Of a stretch of 64,000 nucleotides of DNA, positions 13,466 to 28,003 are shown in pieces; position 1 is the first letter of the stretch, and each line of letters starts with the position of its first letter. Source of the DNA: Octopus sinensis (lineage: Eukaryota). The notes beneath the pieces were generated by a model. That model searched no databases and was not told where the DNA came from. It was given only the letters and a program-made list of their open reading frames with translations. Location: contig NC_043012.1 of NCBI RefSeq assembly GCF_006345805.1, positions 12,648,001 through 12,712,000 of the forward strand, given 5' to 3'. A program made the position numbers and the translations under genes.

Positions 13466-13884
13466 GGAGGCGCAGGAGTGGCTGTGTGGTAAAGTAGCTT
13501 GCTATCCAACTACATGGTTCCGGGTTCAATCTCACTGCGTAGCATCTTGGGCAAGTGTCTTCTGCTATAGCCCCGGGCTGACCAATGCCTTGTGAGTGGA
13601 TTTGGTAGGCGGAAACTGAAAGAAGCCTGTCGTATATATGTATATATATATGTATGTGTGTGTGTTTGTGTGTCTGTGTTTGTTCCCCTAGCATTGCTTG
13701 ACAACCGATGCTGGTGTGTTTACGTCCCCGTCACTTAGCGGATCGGCAAAAAGAGACCGATAGAATAAGTAGTGGCTTACAAAAAAAAGAATAAGTCCCG
13801 GGGTCGAGTTGCTCGACTAAAGGCGGTGCTCCAGGATGGCCGCAGTCAAATGACTGAAACAAGTAAAAGAGTAAAGAGTAAAGA

Positions 13885-13885
<1 letters not shown>
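13466..13885 (+). mobile_element. tRNA-derived SINE, duplicate of 12036-12455
   Basis: Identical sequence within the tandem duplication. Confidence 0.85.
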
Positions 13886-13949
<64 letters not shown>

Positions 13950-14599
13950 GTATTCGCTTTCTCTAGTATAATATTCATTACTCATGCAAATACTATTTTC
14001 TGTATATGCAGTGCTCAAATACACCGACTCGAAATTAAATCTAAAGATGAATATATACCCAATCTTGTAAAGGAAAATGTAAAAAAAGAGAGAAAAAGAA
14101 TTAAAAAAGCGTAACTAATGATTATCATTTCAGGTTTAACGTATATGGGCAACGACACAAAGCTCACCAGTAATCTTATAAAGGAAGCATTGTAAATAAG
14201 AACAGCAAAACCAACAGAAGCAAAAATGATATAGAAAATCAATAAAAAAAAATATAATTTATTTTCAGTAGAAGCAGAAAGTTATATCTGTCATATTTTT
14301 ATTATGATGTATTATTTAGTTCTAATATTGAATATTTGAAGTATAATCTGAGTAAAATTCAATCATGGAAGGGAATGAGACGTGGCATATTAAATGAAAA
14401 TGCACGTGTTTCAACAGTAAACGAATATAGGATTAAGAAGAAAAAAGAAAAACAGAACAGAAACGCAAACTTCTAGAATGCACACATACGCTGACATAGT
14501 CGCTTAAACTCACTCCTACACATACACACACAGACAAACACACGCATATATATGCACACATACAAGCATAATTATGTATTATATATACATATATCTATA

Positions 14600-14635
<36 letters not shown>

Positions 14636-14859
14636 CATATAAACACATGCAAATTCATACACATAGAATCCTACATGTATGAAACATGTGCTTACTTGCA
14701 TTAATAGATTCACATACGCATCACACAAATCTCTGAATATAGAAATGTTACTGCTCATTTACCTGCACACACACACATATGCATATGCACAGATAAATAC
14801 ACATACACACGCACACTTACATACACACACACACAACACACACACACACACATACATTC

Positions 14860-14890
<31 letters not shown>

Positions 14891-15194
14891 AAGTAAGCGA
14901 GAGAGAGAAACAAACTGAAGAAAGGAACTCCTTCAAAGGCGGGAGGGGTCAAACAGCCAATTTACTGGTACGTCAGTTGGATACCATATAAATATTGGCG
15001 TCATTCAATTATAAAGGTAAATTAAATATAGTCATACTATTTAATGCAATATTGTAATATAAATAAATTATTAGATTGTCAATAGGAATATATCTTATTT
15101 TAATTTATCTTTATAAGTATATGTATATATATACACAGACACACATATATATATATATATCATTATATTTCATATTTACATATATATTTATATG

Positions 15195-15228
<34 letters not shown>

Positions 15229-15304
15229 TATATATACATAAATCATTATATTTCATATTTTCATACATATTTATATGTATATATATATTCTTTATTTTTT
15301 TCTA

Positions 15305-15625
15305 TTATTTGTTTCAGTCATTGTGAGTGCCGCCACGCTGGAGCATCGCCTTTAACCGGACAGATCGTTCCCAGGACTTTGTAAACCTAGTACTTATTCT
15401 ATCAGTCTCTTTTGCTGATCGTTAAGTTACGATGACGTAGGCACACCAACATCGGTTGTCAAACAATTGTTGAGGAACAAACACAGAAACAGAAACATAC
15501 ACACACAGGCGCGCGCGCATATACACACACACAAACACATACACACATACATATATATATATATATGCGTCGGGCTTTTTTCGGTTTCTGTCTACCAAAT
15601 CCACTCACAAGCCTTTGGTCGCCTT
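15305..15625 (-). mobile_element. SINE of the 12036 family, 5'-truncated
   Basis: accaaatccactcacaag, catcggttgtcaa and tacttattctatc match the family in reverse. Confidence 0.75.
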
Positions 15626-15979
15626 AAGGATTACGGCCGTCTTCCAGTTGTTGTGATGTAATAATTATTTCAGTGTTAATATTAAGAGTCCCTTATCTAG
15701 AACCAAGCATCTTAATAGATGTGAAACTAAATAATTCTGTTATTTCTATTTATTATTAACAGCCATACCTAGCTAAACTTTTCTGGCATTGGTCATTTAT
15801 ACATTGTAAGTTTAGAGGAATTCGTTTAACCATAGAATTCTAGTGTTCTTAAGGGGTACCTCTCTTTATCTGAAATCTTTTTTAAGTATACAATTGTAGT
15901 GTATAATGTATAGCATCCATATTAGTTCAGATATGTAAAATAATTTATTATATTCATTATACAGTTTTAATGGTTTTAC

Positions 15980-16350
<371 letters not shown>

Positions 16351-16595
16351 TATTTAGCGTTCTATCCACACACACACACATGAAGAAAAATGAGCTACGA
16401 GAAATAACTAACATTGGGCTGCGCTATGTATTTGAAAAACAAAGCCAAATATCTGGAGTATCAGACACCATGCATCATTAATTCTTATCTCATTTAAATT
16501 GCTTCTGCTTGTAGGAAATATATCGTTGTTATGAAATGGCAATTAGGACCAATTCTTTATGAGAAGTCGAAATAATCCCAAGAATAGCCAATTCA

Positions 16596-16841
16596 TCAAA
16601 AATAATATGACATGAAGGGAATGCGTATTATTTGAAAATAAAAATGAATCCCTTTAGTCGTAGCCGACAGAGTGCCGCTGTGTATGCAATTCCATGAACA
16701 CCTAAAAACTGATCTATTTTCGTACATACAGTTGTAATTCACGTTCTGATACGATCCAATTCCAATTCGTTCACCTGATTTACTGTCCGTTAGACGAGTC
16801 AATATAACTGCTGTACTGTTAGTGGGGCACCCTATACAATA
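16596..16841 (-). CDS. Probable (terminal) exon of an unidentified secreted/surface glycoprotein
   Basis: Acceptor ctacattcag|TAT in phase 0, matching the upstream exon. Reads YCIGCPTNSTAVILTRLTDSKSGERIGIGSYQNVNYNCMYENRSVFRCSWNCIHSG...YYF*. An alternative donor T|gtatgt at 16730 is possible. Confidence 0.55.
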   Translation of the reverse strand, partial: YCIGCPTNSTAVILTRLTDSKSGERIGIGSYQNVNYNCMYENRSVFRCSWNCIHSGTLSATTKGIHFYFQIIRIPFMSYYF

Positions 16842-17038
16842 CTGAATGTAGATTAATTTGGGACCACATAGAAAGAAGACGAACATGAATTGGTAGTAGG
16901 TCGGAAATGACCAAAGCTAGTAGATAATTAAGAATGATGACTCACGTGAGTATGTATGTGTATATATATGTATGTATGTGCATATATATATATATATATG
17001 TATATATGCATGTGTATATATATATATGTATGTATATA

Positions 17039-17076
<38 letters not shown>

Positions 17077-17174
17077 TATATACATACATATATATATACA
17101 TACATACATACATATATATGTATGTATGTATATATATATATATGTATGTATGTATGTATATATATATATGTATG

Positions 17175-17206
<32 letters not shown>

Positions 17207-19768
17207 TATGTATGTGTATATATATGTATATATATATATATATGTATGCATATATGTGTATATATGTTTATATATATATATATTTCTATATTTCTATATA
17301 TATATATATATGTATATTTGTATATAATCCACACATATACATGTATATTACATATATATTTATATATACATATGTATATATGTATACACTCACGCATATG
17401 CACGTGCGCACACACACACACACACATACACGCACACACACATATATAGCTGCACAGCCGCCTACCTATACACCCATCTTAATGACTTCCTCGTTCGTAT
17501 TATTACCATTTTTCTCCATTGAATCTTTTTTTCTCTAGCACTCTCACTACTTCAGTTCTATTTATAGCGTCAAATTAGTAGATATACTACAAAACATACG
17601 CAAGGCAACAGTTCTTTCTGTCGATATTAAGTGACACAGATTAAGACTATATCACAAAAGACTTAAACATAATTACGAAGAAAAATCGCTTTAATAGATT
17701 ACAAAATTATGTGTTATGAACTCCTCAGACATATCTTTATATTTAGACAAAACCAGACACGACTAACACAGCGTAGAAAATAATAGATTTGTATAGGTGT
17801 AGTTTGCCTGTGAGGAACATGATTACGTTCAATCCTATATTGTAGCAACTTGTTCAAATGTTTCTTATTATCGCCCCCAACCGACAAATATTTCAGGAGT
17901 AAGTTTGGTAAGCGGCAAATGATGGGTCGGCAAATGGACGGAAGCCTATTCTATATATGTATATGTATGTCTATATGTATGTACATATGCGTCTGTTTTT
18001 GTCCGTATGCGTTCATGCCTTTGTAATTGCTTCTGACTGCTAGAAAACCGTTGCTGAAGTTTTTACATCACTGTACCTAGCGGTTCCTCAAAGTAGACTT
18101 AAGACAATAATTAAAAAGTAACGGAATATTGGTAAGGCAATTCAGCAAGGAAATTAACCCTATTCTTATATATCTTCGGCTAAAACCTCATGTTATAGAA
18201 TCGTTAATTACTACAACAAACATTTAAAAAAGATTTGTGTCTGAAAAGAACTATGAACAAAGCAAACAAATGAACACCAAGGGATGCGCCATAACCGCAA
18301 TCTCATTTGGTTTACTCCCTGAGAAGAGAAAAAAATGTAAGACTTTCGTATAATTATTTCTAAACACATTCCTTTGAGAATCAGGCTTTATAAACTGCTA
18401 ATCAGCCAGAAGATCAAGAATAGATTCATCTGCGAAGCTAGCACCATTATAATCACCAAAGGCATTCATGTTGAACCTTAGTATAATTGGGAAACAAATG
18501 TGTCCAGTAATCACTGAATAAGTCTTGCGTTTAATGATCAGCTTTGTAATCAATAGGTTGAAATACTAGGATGCAATTCTGAAGAAATTCGAAATTTATT
18601 GTGTTATGTTAACTTAGCAACTATCATAAAGTGGATGATTTACTTATACAGCGAATGTTTTCTAATTTGAACTTTTACTGAGGTTACAGCGGTATATGCG
18701 AAGGATTATTTTTCTCAGGATATATATTTCTCTCATCATACTGAAAGAAAATCGCGTTAACGAAATTAAGATAAAGGGATTTAGTAAAAATATAACGAGG
18801 AAATACATCTAATGATATCTAGATACATACGTTTCAAATAAAACATAATTAAGAAGTGTCTGGCGAACTGAGGATTCTGCCAGCTCACCTCCTTTGATGA
18901 TGTATATATTGCATATAATCCTAAACATATTAATAATTCTTTCTCTATCTAGAATATAGGAATCTGTTTGATTTGATCTCGCAACACTGAGAACGGGAAT
19001 GGTTATCAGTAAAGAACGGGATGATTATATCTCCTTAGCCAATTTATTTGCAATACTGAAATATTTTAGACATAATGTATACTTTCTGATAAACCGATAT
19101 TCTAATTATTTGGTAAATAGTAAGTTACATGATATAACTGAGATATAATAAAATAAATATGTATATATATTTTGCAAAACCTAAAAACATTTCAATACAA
19201 ACACCGGACTCCGGAGACGAAAATACTTAGTTACGAATAAAATTGCAAAGTAATGAATAATTTATAACGTTCGAACGATCCTTCTGAGAATTCGTCACTT
19301 CTTGTCGAAATGCTCCGCAATAAATTAGTTTCTAACCGCTAAAATAAATATTTGCTGCGTGGTGATGTGAGATAAAGTTAGGGTTCCAATTCCCGGATGG
19401 ACCCACTTAATTTATATCGATAATGTGTTTTTGCAAAAAAAATTTAAACATTTTGCCGCATATCACTTTCTACAAGACCAAAAATAAAAAAATAAAAACA
19501 ATGACATGAATAAGAGAGACCAATATCTATCTATGAATATTAATATGAGAAAATAAATTACTTATCTATATCTCACAGCTCAGTGTCCATAATAGGATAA
19601 ATTGAATGTAAATGAATTGTTAAAAGCATTTATTCGTCATCGGAGCTGCAATGCAGCGGAAACGACGTACGCTTCACATTAGCACCGTTCATATCTCAAA
19701 TTATTTATTATATTTTTATATTTGTTTTTATTACCAACACACTAATTTCTACACAAATTATATATTTC

Positions 19769-20755
19769 TTTACTGCCCACAAGGGGGTAAATATAGAGGG
19801 GACAAACAAGGAAAGACGAACGAAGTAAGTCGTTTACATTGACCCCACTGCGAAATTGGTACTTTATTTATCGACCCCGAAAGGATGAAAGGCAAAATCG
19901 ACCTCGGCGGAATTTGAACTCAGAACGTAACGGCAGACGAAATACCTATTTATTTACTACCCACAAGGGGCTAAACACAGAGGGGACAAACAAGGACAGA
20001 CAAACAGATTACGTCGATTATATTGCCCCCAGTGTGTAACTGGTCGTTAATGTATCGACCCCGAAAGGATGAAAGGCAAAGTCGACCTCAGCGGAATTTG
20101 AACTCAGAACCTAACGGCTGACGAAATACCTATTTATTTACTATCTACAAGGGGCTAAACACAGAGGGGACAAACGAGGACAGACAAACAGATTACGTCG
20201 ATTATATTGCCCCCAGTGTGTAACTGGTCGTTAGTGTATCGACCCCGAAGGATGAAAGGCAAAATCGACCTCGGCGGAATTGAACTCAGAACGTAACGGC
20301 AGACGAAATACCTATTTATTTACTACCCACAAGGGGCTAAACCACAGAGGGGACAAACAAGGACAGACAAACAGATTACGTCGATTATATTGCCCCCAGT
20401 GTGTAACTGGTCGTTAATGTATCGACCCCGAAGGATGAAAGGCAAAGTCGACCTCAGCGGAATTTGAACTCAGAACCTAACGGCTGACGAAATACCTATT
20501 TATTACTATCTACAAGGGGCTAAACACAGAGGGGACAAACGAGGACAGACAAACAGATTACGTCGATTATATTGCCCCCAGTGTGTAACTGGTCGTTAGT
20601 GTATCGACCCCGAAAGGATGAAAGGCAAAGTCGACCTCAGCGGAATTTGAACTCAGAACCTAACGGCAGACGAAATACCTATTTATTTACTATCTGCAAG
20701 GGGCTAAGCACAGAGGGGACAAACAAGGACAGGCAAAGGGATTAAGTCGATTACA
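19769..20755. repeat. SINE-derived satellite, ~183-bp unit x ~5.4
   Basis: Unit ttactacccacaaggggctaaacacagagggg...gaaatacctatttat repeated; contains the SINE B-box/core on the minus strand; a monomer occurs at ~61525-61667. Confidence 0.95.
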
Positions 20756-20957
20756 TATATATATATATATATAACTTAAGTTATATGCATTAATTTTCTT
20801 CCTATATTCTACAAATGTTTCTTGTTGGTGTAATTGTCTTGCAGTAAAATAATTTAGCTGTGGGTGCTGATAATCCCATTGTGTTCAGTCTATTTAAAAG
20901 TCCATCTGCAAGGTTTTGTTTTGCTCATTTATAACAATAAAATATATCATTATTCAC

Positions 20958-21166
20958 CTCATAAGTCCAAGAAACTGTTTTATAGTTGCGATTTCTCATA
21001 TAATGACAGCTAGAAAGAATCCGCTTGCTTTTTGTGGTGTTGCTTTCGTTCTGTTGATCAGTTGCAGTGTTGTTGATGCCGTGCCCAGCCATGTTGTTTG
21101 AAGTAACTCTCTGAATAGTAAAGCCAAGTTGCAGTTGAAAATCACTACAAGCTCCATTTAATTCAT
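20958..21166 (-). CDS. Probable internal coding exon (209 nt, phase 1 to 0)
   Basis: Acceptor aattaatttcag|AT, donor GAG|gtgaat; 69 open codons ELNGACSDFQLQLGFTIQRVTSNNMAGHGINNTATDQQNESNTTKSKRILSSCHYMRNRNYKTVSWTYE; GC higher than flanks. Confidence 0.65.
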
Positions 21167-22676
21167 CTGAAATTAATTAGTTATTTAATTCGGCTGATAG
21201 TTGTTGTTTCAAAGTCGGAAATGGCATTCATGGTATTCTCGATAAATATTCTCTCCAGTGAAATATGCTGTTTATAACTTCAAGCGATGAAATAAGTATG
21301 TATGTATGTATGGTACAAGAATTGAAAAAAAATGGCGTTCTCGAAAAGTAGAAGAATAAGTCTTCTACCTATCGAGCATACGCTCTTTTGCAGGAAGTAA
21401 AAGGCAAAGACAATAAAAATAGAAAGAAAAATGAAACAAAAGTATATACTTTAGACCGTCACTGCATTCTTAAATGACCAGAAGAGGTCGCTTAAGACGT
21501 GAGTGGCAAGGGTAACTATGGGATTTCACAAGGACCTGGGTGACAAGGTGGACAAATGGAAACTGGCATGTGTGCGCGTGAGTAAACGCGTGTGTATGTA
21601 TGAGTTTAATGTATAACTGTATATTGTGTAGAATATGCGCGTGTATTCACGTGTAAGCCCTCTTGTGCGTTTCTCCATCTTTCTATTTATATTTGTGTAT
21701 GTGACTACCTGATAAATGTGTGTGGATGGTTGTGTGTGTCTCAGTGTCTGGCTTTCCTGTGTATGTGTGCATGCAAGCGTGCGTGTATTACACATTTGTG
21801 AACTTGTATATCTGAGTATACATACGTACGTATGCATGCATGTATATGTGTATATGAATATGTTGGTAGGTAAGTAGGTAGGCAGGCCTTAGTCGACTAT
21901 GTTACATTTCCTGTCTGCCTGCGACCGTATTGATTTCTTACTTTTGCAAAAGCGCTAATTATCACATAGAAGTGTTACAGTCATTAACATGATTGACGAT
22001 ATGTTGCGGCTAAGATCATTACCTCGGGAGGATACAAGCTAAGCAGACCTCGACGGGACGTATGAACTTCATTTTTACTAAGATATTTCTTTTTTACCAC
22101 AGAGAATAGAAATCAGTCTCAAGTATTCTGCCAGAATAGGAATAGTATGAGTTCTATACAGTATCAATGCTGATTTCATCTGAAAAATATTTTACTATTT
22201 CTTTTTTTTGCGTGTGTGTTTTATTACACATTTCTCTCTTGATTTTTTTCTTACCTTTCGCAAATATTTTGTTATCTCGAAATATCTCTATTGCGAATAC
22301 ACATGAATAGTTTTATCATAACCGGCACGGATAAACAGTTCTAAAACTGATGCTTCCCAAGGAAGAAAGAATAAGGGATACGGCGTTCTTTGTTTCCTTA
22401 TTTAAAATGCTCACAACATCTGTTAAATATCTGAAGTCTAAATGCAATGAATAAATCGATTTTCATTTATCCTAACAACAGCAAAGAGCATCGATATTCA
22501 GATAAAAAGATGGACAATGTTGGTAAGCTTCCAACTATTTAAAATATTCCCCAAAGAGTTATTTTTCAGCAATAGACATTTCAAGTTCGCTATAACCCTA
22601 GTCCACGAAAAAAGGCGCTTAAATTAATAGGCAGAAGCAGGTGAGCTTAGTGGGATATATACAGTTACATATTCAT

Positions 22677-22870
22677 GTGAAGGTACATGGGTCAGTGGGT
22701 AGAGCATCGGGTTCACAATCATGATTTAGTGAGTTCGATTCACAGACCGGGTTGTGTGTGTGTTCTTGAGCAAGACAATTATTTCACGCTGCTCCAGTTT
22801 ACTTAGGTGTAAAAATGCGTTGCGATATCACTGGTACCAATCTATAACGACCTTGGTCTTTCCCTTCATA
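22677..22870 (+). mobile_element. tRNA-derived SINE (third family)
   Basis: gtcagtgggtagagc A-box, gagttcgattc B-box, then cttgagcaagaca. Confidence 0.75.
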
Positions 22871-23018
22871 ATAGGAAACTGGAATAGGACACTAGCACAC
22901 AACACAGCATATGACAGAAGAAGATCCCCATAAACTGGTAACAATATAAACAAAACTAAGAGAATAATAAAATACACAGATAAATAAACAAATGGAAGTA
23001 AATAACTATATACATTAA

Positions 23019-23071
<53 letters not shown>

Positions 23072-23546
23072 TAATAAATAACAATATTAATATTAATAAT
23101 AAGTAGGTGTATACACATGAACAAAATAAAAACAAACAAGAAACAAAAAACTAAAAACAAATTAAACGAACGTATATAAACAGGAGATACAAATATTACT
23201 GGCACTTCCCCCCCAACACACACATTAACTAAACATAGACTCACATAGAGGTATACGCATGCGCAAATGAAGACACATACAAAAGGAATACAAAATACAA
23301 AACGGCTGACCGTTAGTAAGGAGAGACACACAAATAAGAAAGAAGAAAGCAAAGGACCACTGATGAGGTCACAGGAGTGTTATGAAAGAAGTTTGGTCGA
23401 AATAAGACTAAGATTAATGTAAAGAATGAATAACGCTGAAGCAAAGTAGCACCATATATATAGTGCGTGTGTTTTTATTGGCTAAACTGGCAAAATGACC
23501 ATTCCTATATACAACAATATATATATATATATATATAGATAGATAT

Positions 23547-23592
<46 letters not shown>

Positions 23593-23639
23593 TGATGCAT
23601 GCATACATACATACATACATACATGCATACATACATACA

Positions 23640-23675
<36 letters not shown>

Positions 23676-24026
23676 TATATATATGTCAAAGACACTGCTG
23701 AAAACAATAAAGAAATCTCTATAGTGTAAGGGAAGAAAATATATCCAGCCTCTAGATATCTAGATCTATAAGGATATATTGTGATACTAGGAAATCAAAG
23801 GAAACCTATATGACAGAATAAAATACGAAACATCATTAAATAATAAAACCAAGCGCTCGCAAATTATATCCCCCGAATAATACATTTGAATATTGCTTGT
23901 TTAGAATTATAGAAGATTCGATCACGTTTATTCAAATTATATTGCATCGAAAAGAAATTTTAAAACAAATCAATTATAACAGTTTTAATTTTCCAGATAC
24001 ATAGATAGATAGAAAGGCAGAAATAC

Positions 24027-24081
<55 letters not shown>

Positions 24082-24671
24082 GGCGGGAGAGATGAAAAAA
24101 CTACAACAGAGTTTGTTGCTATACAAAAAGTTCTATATATGCACATATACATACGCACATAAACATACATATATGTACATATACATACGCACTGTGATAT
24201 ATCTATCTACCTATCTACCTATCTACCTATCTATCTATCTATCTATCTCTGTCCTCTCCCTCTCTTCATACATATATATGTATTTAAAAATATATGTATA
24301 TGCATGTACATATATGTATATAAGTATATGTGTGTGTATAAATGCAAGTATGAAAATCTATACATCTGCGCTTACGTAACAAAGAATTTCAGGGACTTAT
24401 TTGTGTTATGTCTTACATTAAAAATACATTATTTATAAACATAATCCATAAGCTGATAAAAAAAAAATTTCAAAGTTAAAAGTATTTGAAAGATTGCAGA
24501 CATTGGAGGCAAAATGAAAATAAATCATTCGTAATATAAAGAAAAGCACATTCACTTTTAATATTGTTCACCGTCTGTGATATAAAAGGAATGGAATGAA
24601 TATATATATAACTATATACATATTCAAGTGCATGTCGTATTGACTACACAGACATACACACACGCACATAC

Positions 24672-24704
<33 letters not shown>

Positions 24705-24857
24705 AACACACACACACACGCACACATACGAATGCACGCGTGCTCACACACACATTCATACGCTCCCTCACACACACATAGCCGACTGCGGAAATAAATT
24801 ATCTCTATCATGTTGATAATTATTGATATATTATCAATATATCAATAAAATCTCTAA

Positions 24858-24951
<94 letters not shown>

Positions 24952-25089
24952 CATATATACAGGTGTGTGTGTCTGTATCTTCGTGTGTGCGTAGGGGGGG
25001 ATAGGTGGGCGGTTGTACGTGTGCCTCTGTGTGTGCCTCTGTGTGTGCCTCTGTGTGTATGTGATTCATGTTTTATGCTTTACTGGTAA

Positions 25090-25610
25090 CAACTCGAGCT
25101 GTTGCAGCACTGGTTCTTTATTCTAGATGAGAAAGCGAGACCTTTGGTACTATGCAGTGTCTTCCATTTCAGTGGTTGGTGTAGGTTTCAAATCCGGACT
25201 TGAAATGCTAAACCTTCCACAATATCCCATAATTATAACATGCATAATTTTCACGCCTTCTTTCTTGGAAATAGAAGTTCTGCTCTTTTATCATTTTCCA
25301 AGGGCTTATCAGTTTTACCGTATCAATCTTCTTTGTGTTGTATCGCTGCATTGCTTAAAGTACGGCCTCTACAATGACGTTCTGCAGTGGATGCCGTAAT
25401 CATGTCGATTGAGAACGAGAGTTCTCAAAAGGAATATCAAGTTATCCTTTTCCAAGGTTCTGAATATTCTCGGAATACATCGAACTACTCTCCGCAGTGT
25501 TGCCATCTTGGTAATAAGCACATGGGGCTTTGAATTATTACTCATGTAGATTCCGCGGTCACGCACCGGTTCTGTTTCTGGGCTTGCTCTATTCTTGGCC
25601 ATGTGTACTC
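25090..25610 (-). mobile_element. Decayed CR1/L2 LINE fragment, same family as 8994-9677
   Basis: Minus strand: VRDRGIYMS..IPRIFRTLEKD..RTLVLNRHDY, then ERRREN and GRHCIVPK-like words. Confidence 0.7.
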
Positions 25611-25776
25611 ACAGTGTAGATTGTTTGTGGGGTGGGAGTGGAGGTTCCGAAAATTCTGAGCAGTGAAATGCACGTAATCTTCGTCAGCCAAATACTGTGT
25701 TGCTTCTGCGTCGTTTTGTAGTTTTAGTCCTTGTTAGCTTGTGATAACTTTGTACATTATATCTATCTATCTACCA

Positions 25777-25854
<78 letters not shown>

Positions 25855-25959
25855 TTATCTATCTATATATATATCTATCTAGCTATCTATCTGTCTGTCT
25901 GCTTGTGTGCCTGTCTATCCATCTATCTATATATCTATCTATCTATCCATCTAACTATT

Positions 25960-26625
25960 TGTTGATGTGGCTATGGCGAAAGAATGTATCTGGTGGACGC
26001 GTCTGAAAGGATTGGAGACAAACACTTTCCTCTCTGGTCAATCTCTCATCAACTTCTTCAAGTACCACTTGAAAAGGAAAGTAAGAGTAGAGAGGCAAGT
26101 TTTGTTTAGCGAATGTTTTAAAAAAAGATGGGTTAATGTAGCAAGGATGGCACATATGAATGACGAAGCTACCTTGAGCATAATCCTATGAACCCAGAAA
26201 TTGAAAACAGAGGGTTACCCACTTGCAAACAAATGTGGTAACATATAACAATATTGTCCAAGGTTACCGTGGTCTTTTCCCTTCCCACGGATAAACCTTA
26301 CTTGCTTCCCCTTTACACCATACATCATAACACTGTGATACACGATCCCTATTGATCGTTTTTTTTCCTCTTCCCTTCCCCCCCCTTTTTTCTACTCTTT
26401 TTTTCTTTTTCTTTTGTTCCTTTTCCTTTTTTTAATTTTAAAAAATTTTTTGTTCTTTTTTCCCCTTTTACGAACCCTTTTGATCGAAAACCTACGCCAC
26501 CTTTATTTTTTTGTTTCTTTTGTTTTTTTGTTTTTTGTTTTTTTCATCCCCCAACAGAAAAGCTCTACCTTGTAACTTGTCCCATCTGTGTGCAGCCCTG
26601 TGTGGCCAATAAAGAAACTTATTTG
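25960..26625 (+). mobile_element. Tx1/L1-like LINE 3' end
   Basis: KECIWWTR..LINFFKYHLKRKVRVERQ...FKKRW C-terminus; pyrimidine-rich 3' UTR; AATAAA near 26608. Confidence 0.6.
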
Positions 26626-26897
26626 TTGATGTGGTTGAAATTCCAATGAAGGAGCGTGGGATCTAGGTCAGTATACGACTCTTTCTCTTTTGGCAAGAAA
26701 CCTTAAAATATACCTGAATAATGACATACATGAAAGACTTGAAATCAAGAAACCTGCAAGGTAAATATAAAAGCGTAAAATTACAAAGATAATGAGACAT
26801 AAATACACACAAATACATGCATACGCACGTACGTATGAATCTATATAACCACTGCATATACATGTATCGTTATGTATGCGTGTGAGTGTGCAGCGGC

Positions 26898-26954
<57 letters not shown>

Positions 26955-27644
26955 CATACATACACACAAACATAAACACATACACATGCACACACACACA
27001 CATATATATATGTATATAAATATACATATACACGCTTACACACATTTTGAATACATATATGTATATTCTCGCAAAACCGATAACAAATTTTCGGTGATTT
27101 TAATTACCAACTTTAATGTATTTTTAAAATAATCAACAGCGAATTATTTTAGAATCATAAGATTGTTATAGATTAGCAATCCACAAGAGGTTTTTGACAA
27201 TCTAATTAAGTACATATTTATATATGATCAATAATAGTGATTATGTTACTGCGACTTGCCTAAATAAATGTATATACTCGATGTGTTTTCTCTTTGAAAG
27301 TTTAATGGTATTCTATCGAATTCCTCCCTTTCGTCTTAAACATCTCTCCTACTTTTTTCCACCTCAGAAGTCTCCACTTTATTATCAATTGGAGCTTTAC
27401 TTTCAAAGATGTGTCTTTATGTTTGTTTAGGATCGTGTGTATGGAAACATATTTGTATTTATGCGTTTATATTCACACGCACGCACAAATACACACACAC
27501 AAATACATACACACAGAAGCAAAATCACACATATATATATATACATATATATATAGATATATATATATATACGACAGTCATTTACATACATATATCTATA
27601 GACACTCACATACGTATAGTTGTGTGTATGTATACGTATCTTTA

Positions 27645-27682
<38 letters not shown>

Positions 27683-27953
27683 CATACATGGAGATGTAAG
27701 CATTTGCGTATGTATGTGTAAATAATTCCTTTACGTAGATGTTGGTGTATGTGTGTTTATGCGTGTGTGTTTGTGAGTGCATGTATGTATTGTTGTCGTA
27801 TGAGTGTAGTTCTGTGTCAATGTATTATATGAAAGATTTGAAAGGAAATTGATAACTGCTGGTTGCTGGTTGTAAAGTTCATTTTACTTTTATTATCTAA
27901 CTAATACGTATGGCGGCATATAACTTCGCACTCTTAAGCAAATATCACCATAC

Positions 27954-28003
27954 CATTATTTGCATTGTTAGCATGAACAACGCTATCGATAGCTTGAGGT
28001 AAA
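27954..28003 (-). CDS. Possible small upstream exon of the minus-strand gene
   Basis: Strong acceptor attatttttttacag|, donor ATG|gtatgg. The phase 2 to 1 reading LPQAIDSVVHANNANN joins in frame to the 21166 exon. Short, so could be chance. Confidence 0.3.

Larger units (their letters stand above)
11960..14860 (+). repeat. Tandem duplication, two ~1.43-kb near-identical units
   Basis: Sequence at 12011 recurs at 13441 (offset 1430); ORF pairs 12028/13458 and 12080/13510 are identical. Confidence 0.95.

Noticed and set aside
16917-17538. Many ORFs rich in YI/IY/CV/HT (also ~1.9-2.3, 8.5, 23.5, 27-29, 56.3, 63.3 kb)
   Set aside because: Translations of (TA)n/(TG)n/(TATG)n microsatellites, open in several frames on both strands
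19769-20755. Regular repeat array resembling CRISPR
   Set aside because: Units are ~183 bp and near-identical throughout, with no unique spacers or cas genes; eukaryotic SINE-derived satellite
22098-22179. Possible minus-strand exon MKSALILYRTHTIPILAEYLRLISILC
   Set aside because: Splice sites and phase fit the 21166 exon, but the frame is short and AT-rich, and it competes with the 27954-28003 candidate; needs RNA evidence
23355-23410. CTGATGA...GAAA hammerhead-like motif
   Set aside because: Stem II is weak and no stem I or III pairing could be found; at most a decayed relic
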